This document shows, one piece after another, positions 44,601 to 58,300 of a stretch of 64,000 nucleotides of DNA. The translations under genes and the position numbers were made by a program. Each line of letters begins with the position of its first letter. Positions within the stretch are counted from its first letter, which is position 1. The stretch comes from Eledone cirrhosa (Eukaryota): contig OZ024745.1 of the NCBI GenBank assembly GCA_964016885.1, forward strand, positions 90,210,001-90,274,000, read 5' to 3'. Below the pieces are notes generated by a model. That model was not told where the DNA came from and did no database searches. It worked only from the letters and a program-made list of their open reading frames with translations.

Positions 44601-45637
44601 TACAAATTTCAGAAGTCCCATTTACTGCTGAAATGGAAAACACAGAAAAAGCAAAGCAGGTAAAAGTAACTGCAAAGAAAGAACTGCTACAGAAACTGGC
44701 TAAGAAATGGCAAGAAAAGCCTCTGTATGGAAAATACCCAGAGCGAGCTAACAATCCTGATGTTGACAAAACTTTAACCCATCAGTGGTTGGCATCCTCT
44801 GGACTGAAATCGGAGACTGAAGGACTGATTATATCCGCACAAGATCAGTGTCTGCCAACAAAAAATTACCAAGCCAACATAATAAAAAATGGGTGCAGCC
44901 CATTATGCCGTGTATGCAAAAAACAACCAGAGACCATTGACCATATAATTTCAATGTGCAGTCCTATAGCTCCAACCGAATACCTAAACAGGCATGACAG
45001 AGCTGCACAATACATACATTGGATAATGTGTAAGCATTTTGACCTGCCCCATCAAAAGAATTGGTGGGAGCATCAACCACCTCCCATACTTGAAAAAGAT
45101 CACATCTCAATCTTGTGGAACTTTAGCATCCAAACAGACCGAAAAATAGATGCAAATAGACCTGATATAATATTGAAGGACTTTCAAAGGAGGGTATGCC
45201 TGCTAATTGATATGTCTGTTCCAATAGACAAGAATGTATCTATAAAAACATTTGAAAAATTGAGCAAGTATAAGGACCTGGAGATAGAAATTGGAAAAAT
45301 GTGGAAATTGAGAACTAAAACAATACCAGTGGTTGTAGGCGCTCTGGGAATGATACCTAAGGGGTCTAACGACTACTTATCGCAAATCCCAGGAAACCCG
45401 CGTATAGGAGAAATACAAAAGATAGTACTAATGGGAACTGCCCATATACTAAGGAAGATCCTGTCAATATAAGTACATCACAAGTCTAAACACTAAGGAT
45501 GCATGTGTGAATATGTGTGTTCTTTCTTGAACATGGCGGACCTTGTTGTCTCTTGAGGTCACTGGTTGTGACTTGGTGATAACTCGTATAAACATAAAGC
45601 AAGATAAATGCAAATAATAATAATAATAATAATAATA
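41660..45637 (+). mobile_element. Near-intact R4/Dong-clade RLE non-LTR retrotransposon
   Basis: Single frame 41828-45472 broken by two stops. Motifs YRPITCL, WIDYKKAFDS, GIFQGDSLSP, YMDD, CRVC..H..C, RHD, RPD and K..KY. (AAT)n tail. Confidence 0.96.
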
Positions 45638-46429
45638 GTTGAGAAGAGGAGACCTCAAAAAGGCTACAGAAGGAATGATAATGGCTGCGCAGGAGCAGGC
45701 CCTCAAAACGAAGTGGTTGAAGCACCATATTTACAAGGAGGAGGCTAGCCCACTGTGCAGGATCTGTGGAGAAAGAGAGGAGACTGTGGCTCACATTGTG
45801 TCCGAGTGTAAACACCTAGCCCAGACCCACTATAAGGGCTGGAGACACGATGTGATGGGCAGGGTGATCCACTGGCACCTGTGCAAAGTAAACAATTTAC
45901 CACATTCTGAGAAATGGTATGAGCATAGGCCGGAGGCGGTGATGGAGAATAATCAGGTGAAGGTGCTGTGGGATTTTAGGATACAGACGGACAAAAAACT
46001 GGAACACAATAGACCTGAGCTGGTGGTTGTGGACAAAGAAAAAAGATCGTGTCTGATTGTGGATGTGGCCTGTCCGTTCGACACGAGAGTGCAAGAGAAG
46101 GAGAGGGAGAAAATTAACCGATACCAGGACCTAAAGTGGGAGGTGAAAAGGATTTGGAACTGCCATGAAGTCAAAGTGATCCCGATTGTCATAGGCGCAC
46201 TGGGGACTATCTCCAAAAGTTTCCAGGGATGGTTAAAGAAAATCGGCCCCTTCACGCTTTTTGGAACGCTTCAAAAGGCATGCTTGCTTGGAACAGCAAG
46301 AACCCTCCGATACGTCCTGAATATCTGAGGCTGCAGGTAGTGGCTTGATATTCATTCCAACGGACTTTCCAGTTAACCAACATCAATGACTGAGATTCAA
46401 GGAATAACAACAATAATAATAATAATAAT
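45638..46429 (+). mobile_element. 5'-truncated R4/Dong element inserted at the (TAA)n tail of the previous one
   Basis: ORF 45639-46328 encodes CCHC + RLE and is close to 54564-55330. (AAT)n on both sides. Confidence 0.92.
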
Positions 46430-49400
46430 GATTTCTTTATTGGCCACAAGGGCTGACATCAAGAAAAATATTACAGACGGCACAGGACGGTACGATGTGG
46501 GTTTTGTGCGTGTAAATATTTTTATTATTTATATAAGAAAAGAAAAACAAAAGGACATAAAACATATATATATATAAACAATAAAAATGAAAATTGAAAC
46601 AATGAAAAATTCCCCAATAGGGGGGAAACCTCCGTGGGTCACTCGTGGCGAAAACCACACAAAAGACCACGGCCACCCTGACCACCAGGGCAAGCGCCCT
46701 CTCTCAATTTTTCCATCTCTCAAACTACATATGTATATTCAGAGTGGTCCCGTTCACTCGGACCATTCTCGCTACATTCACCCACCTTTCAACAAACTTA
46801 CTAGAAGACAGCACTTGCCTCTCCACCCTGATTTTCCTCTTCAAGTGAAACTTGAAAAAGTTAATTAGGGATTCGCTGAAGACGAAAGTGTTTGTCTTTA
46901 ACCCGTTTAACCTTGTCCACCACACAATCTCTTTCGCCATGGCCACCAGGCAGATGAAAACCGCCTGCCCTTCCTCCTCGAAGGAAGACGGCGAGACCAT
47001 CTGCACAATGGACTCAGTCGACAACCGGATCAGTCCTACACGCGACAGCAACTGTTCGACATAGCTCCACAAGTCAGCAATGCTCGGGCACTGAACGAGT
47101 GCGTGCAAGACGGTTTCGTCGCTCTGCGCGCATCTCGGACAGGCTCGGCTGACGGCACTCCGTGCCTGTAGAGCTTATCTCGAACCGGCACCGCTCTCCG
47201 GTAGCACTGCCAGGCCAGGGATTTTTGGAAGTTATCCATAGGCCCTGGTCTGAAAGTTCTCCGGAAGAGAGCAAACAGCTGATCTTCTTCGACGCCCAGG
47301 GTCTCTCCGAGAATGTCGTCGCTCTTCCCCTCCACTAGTCCTCTATAGAACGCCGAGATGGATGTTCCACCGATACTAGTGCCCAGCTGGCAGAGGGCAG
47401 TGAGCGCCTGGAGACATTCCAGTTTCCAAGCGCTATCCCTCGGTCTTTTTATGACCCAGGACTGCAGCTCCGTCAGGGAGAAGAGCTGTGGGAAAACGTG
47501 CCTGGCGAACGGCGACCACATCTGTTCACCATCAAGGAAGCACCAGAGAATTCGCAGCCTCAGCGCATGTTTGCCCATCATCAGCCATGGCATGCCCAGT
47601 CCTCCACGCAACGGGTGTTGACAGCAGATGAATCGTCTGACCATGGGAGCGTGTCCCTTCCACAAAAAGCGGAAGAGGAGGTGCCTCATTTTGGTGAGAG
47701 TTGGGCGGTAGCAGATGACGGATGCGATGTACGCATTCGCCACCTCCGCCCGGCCTTTCAGGGACAGCTTGCTCTCGGCCCATTCCTGGGTGAGGGAGGC
47801 CATCCTGCTCGTCACCTCGTTCCAGTTTTTCTCCATCTGGACGTCCGCTCCGAACCAGACCCCGGGCAATTTAACCGGTCCATCCGTCCGACGCCCCACG
47901 ACGCTGACGGACGGCATGGACTTGCCTCTCCAGGTGCTGAGCTGCAAGCCCACCGACTTTTCCTGGTTTATCTTTGCTCCTGTCACCGCTTCGTATTCCT
48001 TGAGAGCGGTGCCGAGCATCTGGACGTGTCTGGTGCTCGACACCACCACGGTGACGTCGTCAGCGTAAGCCTACTCGGATTTCCCGCATCCTAGTTCGCG
48101 TGGGACGCCCCTCATCGCCCCCAGTTTGTGCAGTAACGGCTCGAGAGCCAATACGTACAAAAGGGACGAGAGGGGACAACCCTGGCGGGCTGAGCTCATG
48201 ATGCTGAACGGCTGTGAGACGTGACCGTTCACCCTCACAACTGAGCAGATGTCGCTGTACATTGCTGTGATCCAACCCCTAAAAACGGGCCCGAAACCGG
48301 CTGCCTCGAGGACCGCCGCCAGGTACCGATGGTCGACCCTATCGAATGCTTTACATTGATCCAAGTTGATCAGGGCCCCACCCGTGCCAGGTTCCTTAAC
48401 CACCCTCTCTATGATGTTTCGCATGAGGTGGAGGTTGTCGTGTATGGATCTGTTCGGAATGGCGCATGTCTGCGCCTCTCCCACCAGACCCTTGACGACA
48501 AGCGCCAACCTCGTTGCTAACACCTTGGCCAAAATCTTGAACTCTGCGTTTAGCAGGTTTATGGACCTGAAATTATCGATAACATCCCCCTTGTTCGGGT
48601 CTTTTCTCAGCAGCGCCACTGCTTTTCGGCTCACAAAACTGGGAATGCTCCCGTTCTGCTGCCAGTTGCAGTAGACGTCTGCCAAGAGGTCACCGAACAA
48701 GTCTGGCATAAATGCATAAAGCTCTTAGGGCAGACCATCCAAACCTGGCGATTTACCCCTTGTGCAGTTAGCTATCGCTTCCCGTATTTCATCGGCTGTT
48801 ATTGGCTTTTCGTAACACTGTGCTGCGGTCGTCGAGAGCCGAGGCAATCCGTCGAGGTATGCACTGAAGTCCATGCCACGATCCGGGCCGCCGCCGCTCC
48901 CGAACAGTACAGCAAAGTGCTGCTGAAAAGCTTTACACATCCGCTCGGGTATCGAGCATCACGCACCCGTTATGGTCAGACAAAGACCGAATTGTGGCTT
49001 TGTTGCCACGTCGCACCTCTGCCACCAGGGCCCATTGGACGGCTTTTGCCCCCTCGTGTTTCAGAGCACGCACTCTAGCTCTGACAACGCAGCCTTCGTG
49101 TTTTGCGTTGAAGAATTGGTTGAGTGCCAATCTCGCCGCAAGCACGTCGGTTGCGATGCCTGTCTTAAACGCCTCTTCTAGCTTTCTGACTAGCTCTTCC
49201 TATATTCTATTTTCCTCTATCACTACTCCTTTGCTAAACCTAATCGACTCTACTTTAATTGCCCTTTTCAGGGCGAACCACCACCTGTTGTTGACGACCG
49301 CTCCCGTCAACGCCCGCTTAACTAATACGCTAATCCGGTCTCTGTAGGCTTTGCGCGCCGGGACAGACACGTTCAGCTTCCAGTAACCAGGACCTTGTCT

Positions 49401-50990
49401 ATGAAGTCTATCTATGTCGATCTCACAGATCACAAATTTGTGGTCTGTGTGGTCGACTATTTTAAATTGTGGACAACTTATACTAGCCTTATCTAGTTCT
49501 CCACAGAATACCCTATCGAGATACGATCTGAATGACCCGATGTGGTTTGTCCATGTCCACATTGGCACATTCGGGTGATCCAGTCGATACCTGTCAGACA
49601 GTTCAAAACGTCTGAGCAGGTTGGTGAGGCTTTTGCACCCTCCTCCCCTATCCACTAGCCCCACACAATCCCAGCGTGCATCCAAGATACCGTTCCAGTC
49701 GCCCACTAACACTAAGGAGCGGGACGTTCCTAGAAGGTCTCTAGACGTCTGAAGAAATCTGGCCGTCCTGCCCCTGTTGGGGCGTAGACGGCTATTAGCC
49801 TGAAAGCATTGCCTTCGCTGCCGGTCACGTCCAGCACCACCGACTTACCTTCTGGGTCTAGGAAGATGGCCCGTATGGTGAGATCCAAGCCTCTCCGAAA
49901 AAGAACGGCAACCCCTCCCCCCGATCCTGGACGGCTGGTTGATGCGTATACATCGTAGCCGTCGAAGATCGGTGCGAAGGCTTGTGCTTCGGAGATTCTG
50001 GTTTCACTGATGACCACCACATCTATGTTTAGTGACCTGAGGTCGTTGAGCAGGTGACCCTGCTTCCAAGATGACCCCAGGCCACGTGTTTTATACTGCT
50101 TATTCTGAGTACGGCAATGTTGGATGAGAAACGGGGCAAGTGAGAAAGGGTCACTTACCTTTATCGTGTGGTGAAGGGAAAGTAGACCCGTCCCTTTCGC
50201 TGGTCATGGGTGTTTCCAAGAGGATATTAGTGTATATCCTCTTGGTAACCGACCCTCTGAAGTCTCCAACTGCGTTGGGGAATTTTTGTTTTAAAGGTTT
50301 GTCCTGTTCTATTGAGATTTCGATGATGCTTATGTTTGTCGGGAGAGTTCTTGGTGTTGGTGGGGTGTAGTAGTTTTTTTTCTGTGATGTCTGTGTGCTG
50401 CTTTATATATTGTATGAGTTCTTTTTTTGCCATGTTTATGGCTGTGTACTTTTTGGGGGGAGGGGTGATTTTGTTGCATTTTCTTCTTGTTGCTGTTTGG
50501 TGTGTGTGTGTCTTGTTGTGTTTGCGTTGTTGGTGTTTTTGGTGATGCTGGTGGTGGTGTGGGTGTTGTTGTCAGTGGTGCTTGTGGTGGTGATGGTGGT
50601 GGTGTTGCTGCAAGTTTCCTTGCTGCCTTTACCCCTCTTTGTATGCCTTCGTTTTTGGAGGATGAATCTAAGGGTTTTTTGTTTTTTTTGTTTTTTGTGG
50701 CAGACCGTTTGCCACTTCACTCCCGCCTCAAACTCCATGTCGGATTATGTGGCGTCTGGGAGGGGTATGTGCTCCACGGCTGTTGGCGGTGGTAGTGGAG
50801 CCCTCTTCGGCAATTTTGTTGCTGGCGCAGCTACTTCAAATGTAGCTATTGGTGTTGCCGCCACTGATGATGCTGCTTTAGTTGTCCGTGGCCTTGGTAA
50901 AGGTGCTACGGACGTTGCCCTCCTACTCACCGTGGAAGGGGCTTCTGCGTTTGTTGCCTGCCCTGCTCTTGGTAGCAGCGGACCAGGTAT
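46430..50990 (-). mobile_element. Degenerate Tx1/L1-clade LINE (ORF2 and partial ORF1)
   Basis: APE fragments 49200-50020, RT 48071-48709, C-terminal ORFs 46725-48049. Confidence 0.9.
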
Positions 50991-51789
50991 TGGAAGAATA
51001 ATAACGCACATGGTGGATATATATCGTTATGGAATCGCTCCCGTAAGTTTTTGAATTTTTACTTATTTAAAACAACTGTGATAGAATAATTCTTATTACA
51101 AATGAAATATAAGATTACAGTTTTTTACCCTCAGCAAGCGACAACGCATCACATTACGGCATAGGGCCCCAATATTTAATATTTAATTTTGGATCAGAAA
51201 TGTTATAGTCGAAAAAGAGAAAAATGGCAAAATGGCTAAGTGGACAGACAGGCAAATAATTTCACCACCAACACCACCAACGCCACCATCACCACTACCA
51301 CGCCAAAAACTTTAGTCAAGTTACCTCAACTTCTGATTCTACTTCAACTTCAATACCATCACTACAGTACTACGATCACTTCACCACCACCACTGCCTAA
51401 TTATCGCTACCGCCGCTATTCTCTCCCACTACCTCCTGCTAAGTACTACTAGAACATCACCATCACCACTGCCTCATTATCGCTACCGCCGCTATTCTCT
51501 CCCACTACCTCCTGCTAAGACAGGCATCGTAGTATTCCCACTAAATGAGGAAGGCATCAAAAGATATAAATAGATTGATTTGATGACCCGGTCAAAAAAT
51601 CAAAAAATCAAAAATCAAAATGAAAACAGCTCAGCAGCAACGAAAAACGTAAAGAAAAGAAAAAAGAAAAGAAAAACAAACAGACAGACAGACAAGCAAA
51701 AATGTCAGACATTCAAACATTACATTACAATGAAACTTATGCTTATTTTGGGTTTTTTTTACCAATTTGTTTGTTTGTTTATTTATGTT

Positions 51790-54700
51790 CGTCTACAGCG
51801 GGATAGTGCCACGCTAAAATCACCGAGGGTGATCAAATCACCGCAGGTGATCAAATCACCGGTGGTTATGTAACCATACATTCACCAATCCTCGATAAGG
51901 TTGTTTCAATGTCGAACCTAAACAGTTTGAATAACGGTGAAGTGGAGACTGGAATGTCATGTGACAGACTCTCACCCAGCAGGTGCTCCCTGACTCAGCA
52001 GCAGAGACCTGGCTGTCAACCAAATACCGCTGGTGTCGGAGGAAGAAGAAGGAAAGGGACCAGAACCAACTGGACGAAAGAATTGAATAGAACAGTTATG
52101 CAATGTTACCTGAAGAATAACCCTAAGGGAAAAGGCTATAGGAAACGGATGCATAACATCTGGAACGAGATTGGTCTATTTAAATTAGATGAATAAAAGT
52201 TGGCCGGACAGGCTCGGGTAATAAGAACTAATGGGTGGGTAAGCGAGCTGGAACTGAAGGAACTGAGCAGAGAGATTAGGTTGGAAATGGAGAGTGGAGT
52301 ATGCCAGGCAAACGAACTAGTGGGTAATGAAGGTGAAGAGGTTGAGAGAACGGAGGAACCATCCGAAGCAGACAATGATCTGAATGCTGAAATAAACAAT
52401 ACCTGGAACAAAGATACGGCCATTGAGGAGATGAATGCTGACGGGCTAGGACAAGATTTGGTTGATATCCTAAACTTAGTGGTAGATGAAATGAACAATG
52501 ATAGTGGGAAACCTATGAACCTAAGATTTGTAGACAGGAAAAAGTTAAAAGAAACAACAGCTAAGGTAAACAAAGTCATCCCATACCTTGAGGCGAGGAG
52601 CCTTCACCAGTGCAATAATATCCTCAAAGCAACAGCAAATGCGGTGAGGAAATTACTTGGCATAAAAGCGAGAGGAAACAACAAACAAGAAAGATCAGAA
52701 CCTTGGTGGAAGAAACGACTGAATGGTAAAATCAGGGAAATGAGAAATGACATTGGAAAGCTTGAGTCCCTACTGAATGGGACACTACAAACATAGACAC
52801 TAAAAATAGACTGGAAATAAAGTACAAAACTAGGAGGAAAAAGCTAAATATTATCATAGAGGAACTGAAGCAACGCATTGTAGCAAAGAGTGCAAAACTT
52901 AGGTGATACGAGAGCAGATTCAGTCAGTATAGACAGAACCGAATGTTTGACAACAACCAGAAGATGTTGTTTGGACAGCTTGAAGGGAAAGAAAGAGGCA
53001 ACGACTTGATCCCTGAGGCGGAACAAACTAAGACATTCTGGAGAGGAATATGGGAGCAGGATGTTAAACATAATGACCAGGCAGTGTGGATTGAGACAGT
53101 ACAAAAGGAGATTAGTGAACAGGCACACCAACAAACTGATTTGAGTATCACAGTTGAAACTCTTAAGGGACAGGCCAAAAAACTAACCAACTGGAAATCA
53201 CCAGGCCCAGGTGGTGTGCAGGGGTATTGGATTAAAAATATAAAATCCTGCCACCCGAAACTGACAAACATGTTCAATGACTGCTTGATGTCAGGTGAGG
53301 TACCAGAGTGGTTGACAAAAGGTACCACAGTTCTGATAATGAAAGACCGAATCTAGGGTAATGATGTTACCAACTATAGACCTATCACATGTCTGTCCGT
53401 AATGTGGAAACTGTTGACAAGCATTGTGTCTGAGGAAATGTACCATCACCTCCACACAAATAACTTGTTACCGGACGAACAGAAAGTATGCCGAAAGAAG
53501 TCACGTGGTACAAAGGACCAGTTACTTATTGATAAGATGGTAATGAGGAATTGAAAGAGGAGACACACTGGTCTTGCCATGGAATGGATAGACTACAAAA
53601 CGGCATTTGACATGGTGCCTCATTCTTGGATCACCAAAAGCCTAGAGATCTTCAAGGTGGCAGATAACATCAGACAGTTGTTGAGAAAAAGTATGAAGTC
53701 CTGGAAAACAGGGTTAACATCAGCTGGAGAATCCTTGGGAGGCGTGAAGATCAAGAGAGGTATCTTCTAGGGAGATAGTCTGTCCCCTCTGTTGTTTGTC
53801 CTTGCCCTGATGCCCCTGACCATTATACTGCGAAAAATGAGAGCAGGATACAAGTTGGGAAAGGGAGAGCTTACCATCAATCACCTCCTCTTCATGGACG
53901 ATCTTATGCTCTTCGGGAAGTGTGAGAAGGAGTTGGATGTGCTTGTTGACACTGTCCGTATTTTCAGCAATGATATATGTATGCAACAGGTGAGATGATA
54001 AAGGAAATTGACACTGAAGAAGGATACAAGTATTTGGGTATTCTGGAGGCTGATGACATCAAGAATTAAAAAATGAAGGAATTGATAAGATGTGAATACA
54101 TTCGGAGAATATGGAGCGTATTAAAGTCACATCTGAACAGTAGGAATGCCATAAATGCAGTAAATTCCCGAGCTGTGTCTATTATTAGGTACAGTGCGGG
54201 AATTCTGAGATGGAATGTTGCTGAACAAAAAGAAATGGATAGGAAGACTAGGAAGCTATTGACTATCTACAACATGTTCCACAAGAGGAGTGATGTCGAT
54301 AGACTCTACTTAAGGAGATCTGAAGGTGGAAGAGGTCTTATCAGCATAGAGGACAGTGTTCAGATGGAGAAAAAGAACCTACACAAATACGTGACTGATA
54401 GTAAGGAGCCAATACTCAGAATTGTAATGAAGGAGAGGACAATAGACCAGGGGATGTCCAAGGAGGAAATAACAACAAGGAGAAAGAGCAACCTTCATGA
54501 AAAATCCTTTCATAGTACCTTCTTTGAGAAAACTGAATTCAGAGATCCACAGACATGGAACTGGTTGAAAAGAGGAGACCTTAAAAGAGCTACAGAAGGA
54601 ATGCTAATGGCTGCGCAAGAGCAGGCCCTCAAAACGAAGTGTCTGAAACACCATATTTACAAGGAGGAGGCTAGCCCACTGTGTAGGATCTGTGGAGAGA

Positions 54701-55330
54701 GAGGAGACTGTGGCTCACATTGTATCCGAGTGTAAACGCCTAGCCCAGACTCACTATAAAGGCTGGAGATATGATGTGATGCGCAGGGTGATCCACTAGC
54801 ACCTATGCAAAGTAAACAATTTACCACATTCTGAGAAGTGGTATGAGCATAAGCCAGAGTCGGTGATAGAAAACGATCAGGTGAAGGTGCTGTAGAATTT
54901 TAGGATACAGACGGACAAGAAACTGGAACACAATAGACCTGAGCTGGTAGTTTTGGAAAAGGAAAAAAGATCGTGCCTGATTGTGGATGTAGCCTGCCCA
55001 TTCGACACAAGAGTGCAAGAGAAGGAGAGGGAGAAAATTAACCGATACCAGGACTTAAAGTGGGAGGTAAAAAGGATTTGGAACTGCCATGAAGTCAAAG
55101 TGGTCCCGATTGTCATAGGCGCACTAGGTACTATCTCAAAGAGTTTCCAAGGATGGTTAAAGAAAATTCGTCCCGCCCCGCTTTGTGGGATAATTCAAAA
55201 GGCATGCTTGCTGGGAACAGCAAGAACCCTCCGATACGTCCTGAATATCTGAGGCTGCAGGTAGTGGCTTGATATTCAGTTCAACAAACTTTCCAGTTAA
55301 ATAACATCAATGACTGAGACTCAAAGAACG

Positions 55331-55368
<38 letters not shown>
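51790..55368 (+). mobile_element. Degenerate full-length R4/Dong element
   Basis: Fragments PWWKKRL, WKSPGPGG, WIDYKTAFD, FMDD, GGRGLI and RLE. (AAT)n tail. Three 18-bp hairpin repeats at 51817-51870. Confidence 0.92.
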
Positions 55369-58300
55369 CCTTTCTTTATTAACCACAAGGGTTTACACAA
55401 AGTAGACATTAAGGACAGTACAGGACAATACAGGACGGTACAAATGGGCATTTCTGCGTGTAAAAAAAAACGAAAAAAAACAGAGGATGTAATAAAAGAA
55501 CAATGAAAAATTCCAGTGTCCCTGACCACCAGGGCAATTGTCCTCTCCATGTTTTCCACCTTCAAGTTACAGGCATATCATCACTGTAGGTCCATTCACT
55601 CGGGCCATTCTTGCCTCTCTCACCCATCTTTCAACAAAAGGCTGGGAAAGGAGCACCTCCCTCTCTACCCTGATTTCCTTTTGAAATGAAATTGGAAAAA
55701 GTTAATCAGGGCATCACCGAAGAGGTAAGTGCTCGTCTTCAGCCCTTTCAGATGCGTCCACCATACTATCTCTTTCGCCATGGCCACCAGACAGATAAAA
55801 ACTACCTGCCCTTCCCGGCTAAAGGAAGAGGGCGGGGTAGTCTTCACGATGGACTCAGCTGATAGTCGGATCCGTTCTACACGCGACAGCAGGTGTTCGA
55901 CATAAACCCACAAGTCAGCAATGCTCGAACACTGGACGAGTGCATGCAGAACGGTTTCGTCGCCCTGCGCGCATCTCGGACATGCCCGGCTGACGGCACC
56001 TCCATGCCTGTAGAGTTTATCCCGAACTGGCAAATCTCCTCGGTAGCACAGCCAGGACAGGGATTTCTGGAAGTTGTCCATAGGCCCCGGCCCGAAAGTT
56101 CTTCCAAAGAGATTGGCTAGTTGATTTTCGTCGACGCCTAGAGTTTCCCCAAGTACGTCGTCGGTCTTCTCCTTCACTAATCCTCTATAGAACGCCAAGG
56201 TGGAGTTTCCACCGATCACATTGCCTGATTGGTCGAGGGCTGTGAGCGCCTGAAGACATTCCAGTCTCCAAACGCTCCTTCTCATTCTTCGTTTGACCCA
56301 GGACTGCAGCTCCGTCAAGACGCGTCTAGCAAACGGCGAACACACCTGATCACCGTCGAGGAAGAGGTCGAGATGTCGTAGCCTGAGCGTGTGTCTGCGC
56401 ATCATTAGCCATGGCATGCCGAGCCCTCCACGTAGCGGGTGTTGACAACAGATGGACCGCCTGACCATCGGAGCGCGTTCCTTCCACAAAATGCGAAAGA
56501 GCAAACGCTCCAGCGCAGTCAGGCGATGCTTAGGACAAGGCACGACGGTCAGGCGGTAGTAGATGACGGACGCAATGTACGCGTTAGCCACCTCCGCTCA
56601 AGCTTTCAGGGATAGCTTCCTCTCCGCCCATTTCTGGGTGAGAGAAGCCACCCTGCTCGTCACCTCGTCCAATTTTTTGTCCATCTGGAGGTCCGGACCG
56701 AACCAGACCCCTAGCAATTTAACCGGTCCGTCCGTCCAGCGCCCGACGACGCCGTTGGACGGCATGGACCTGCCTCTCCAGGTGCCGAGTTGCAGGCCCA
56801 CCGATTTTTTTGGTTGATCATTGCTCCTGTCACCGCTTCGTATTCTCTTAGTATAGTGCCGATCGCCTCGATGTGTTTGGCGTTCGACACCACTACGGTG
56901 ACATCGTCCGCATATGCTGACACGGATCTTCCGCATCCTAGTTCGTGCGGGACCCCGCTCAACGTCTCCAGTTTGTGCAGTAATGGCTCGAGAATCAATA
57001 CGTACAAGAGGGACGAGAGGGGACATCCTTGGCGGACCGAGCGCATGATGTTGAACGGTTCCGAAAGGTGACCGTTCACTCTCACCACAGAGTAGATGTC
57101 GCTGTATATGGCAGCGATCCAGCCTCTGAAGACGGACCCAAAGCCAGCCGCCCTCAGGACTGCCGCCAGATAACGATGGTCGACGCTATCGAAAGCTTCC
57201 GACTGATCTAAATTGATCAAGGACCCACCCTTGCTAGGTTCCCTAGCTACCCTCTCTACGATGTATCGCATGAGGTGGAGGTTGTCGTGGATGGATCTGT
57301 CGGGAATGGCGCATGTCTGCGCCTCTCCTACCAGACCACCAATGACAAGCGCCAACCTCTTTGCTAGCACCTTGGCCAAAATCTTGAACTCTGTGTTTAG
57401 CAGAGTTATGGGCCTGAAATTATCTGTTATCCCCCTTGTTCGGATCCTTTTTCAGCAGCGCCATCGCTCCTCGGCGCACAGAGCTGGGAATTCTCCCGTT
57501 CTGTTGCCAGTTGCAGTAGACGTCCGCCAAGAGGCCTCCAAACAAGTCTGGCATCTGGACGTAAAATTCATAGGGCAGACCATCCAAACCAGGCGATTTA
57601 CCCCTTGTGCAGCCAGTCATTGCCTCCCATACTTCAGCTGTTGTTATCGGCTTTTCGCAACACTCCGCCTCAGTGGCCGAGAGCCGTGGCAGTCCGTCGA
57701 GGTAGACACTAAAGTCCATCTCTCGATCCGGCTGCCCTGCTCCTGTCGGGGCATAGACGGCCACAAGCCTGAAAGCTTGCTCGTCTCCGCTGGTCACGTC
57801 CAGCACCACCAACTTACCTTCTGGGTCCAGGCGTGATCCAAACCTCTCCGAAAAAGCACAGCAACTGCTCCCCCGATCCAGTACGACTGGGAGATGCGTA
57901 CACATCGTAGCCGCCGAAGATCTGTGCGAATGCCCGTGCCTCGGAGATTCTGGTCTCGCTGATGGCCACCACATCTATGTTTAGCGACCTGATATCGTTC
58001 AGCAGGTGCCCCTGCTTCCAAGACGACCTCAGGCCACGTACATTTATGCTACCTATTCTGAGAATAGTCATGTTGGCTAGGATAGGAGGAAAACAAGTGA
58101 GAGGGGAGAGGTACACAAAATTACCTGTGGCTCTTCTTTAGGAAGGGGGTGGGTGATCCATCCCTCCGACCATTGGTGGGTTTCTCCACGAGAATATCCG
58201 TGAATATTCTTTTGGTGATGTTCCCTCGGTAGTCTCCAATTGATGTCGGGAACATTTTTTTTTACGTTATGTAATTTTTTGGTGTAATTTCTATTATTTT

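Noticed and set aside
51386-51519. ~58-bp direct repeat
   Set aside because: It appears to be an ordinary local tandem duplication in low-complexity sequence.
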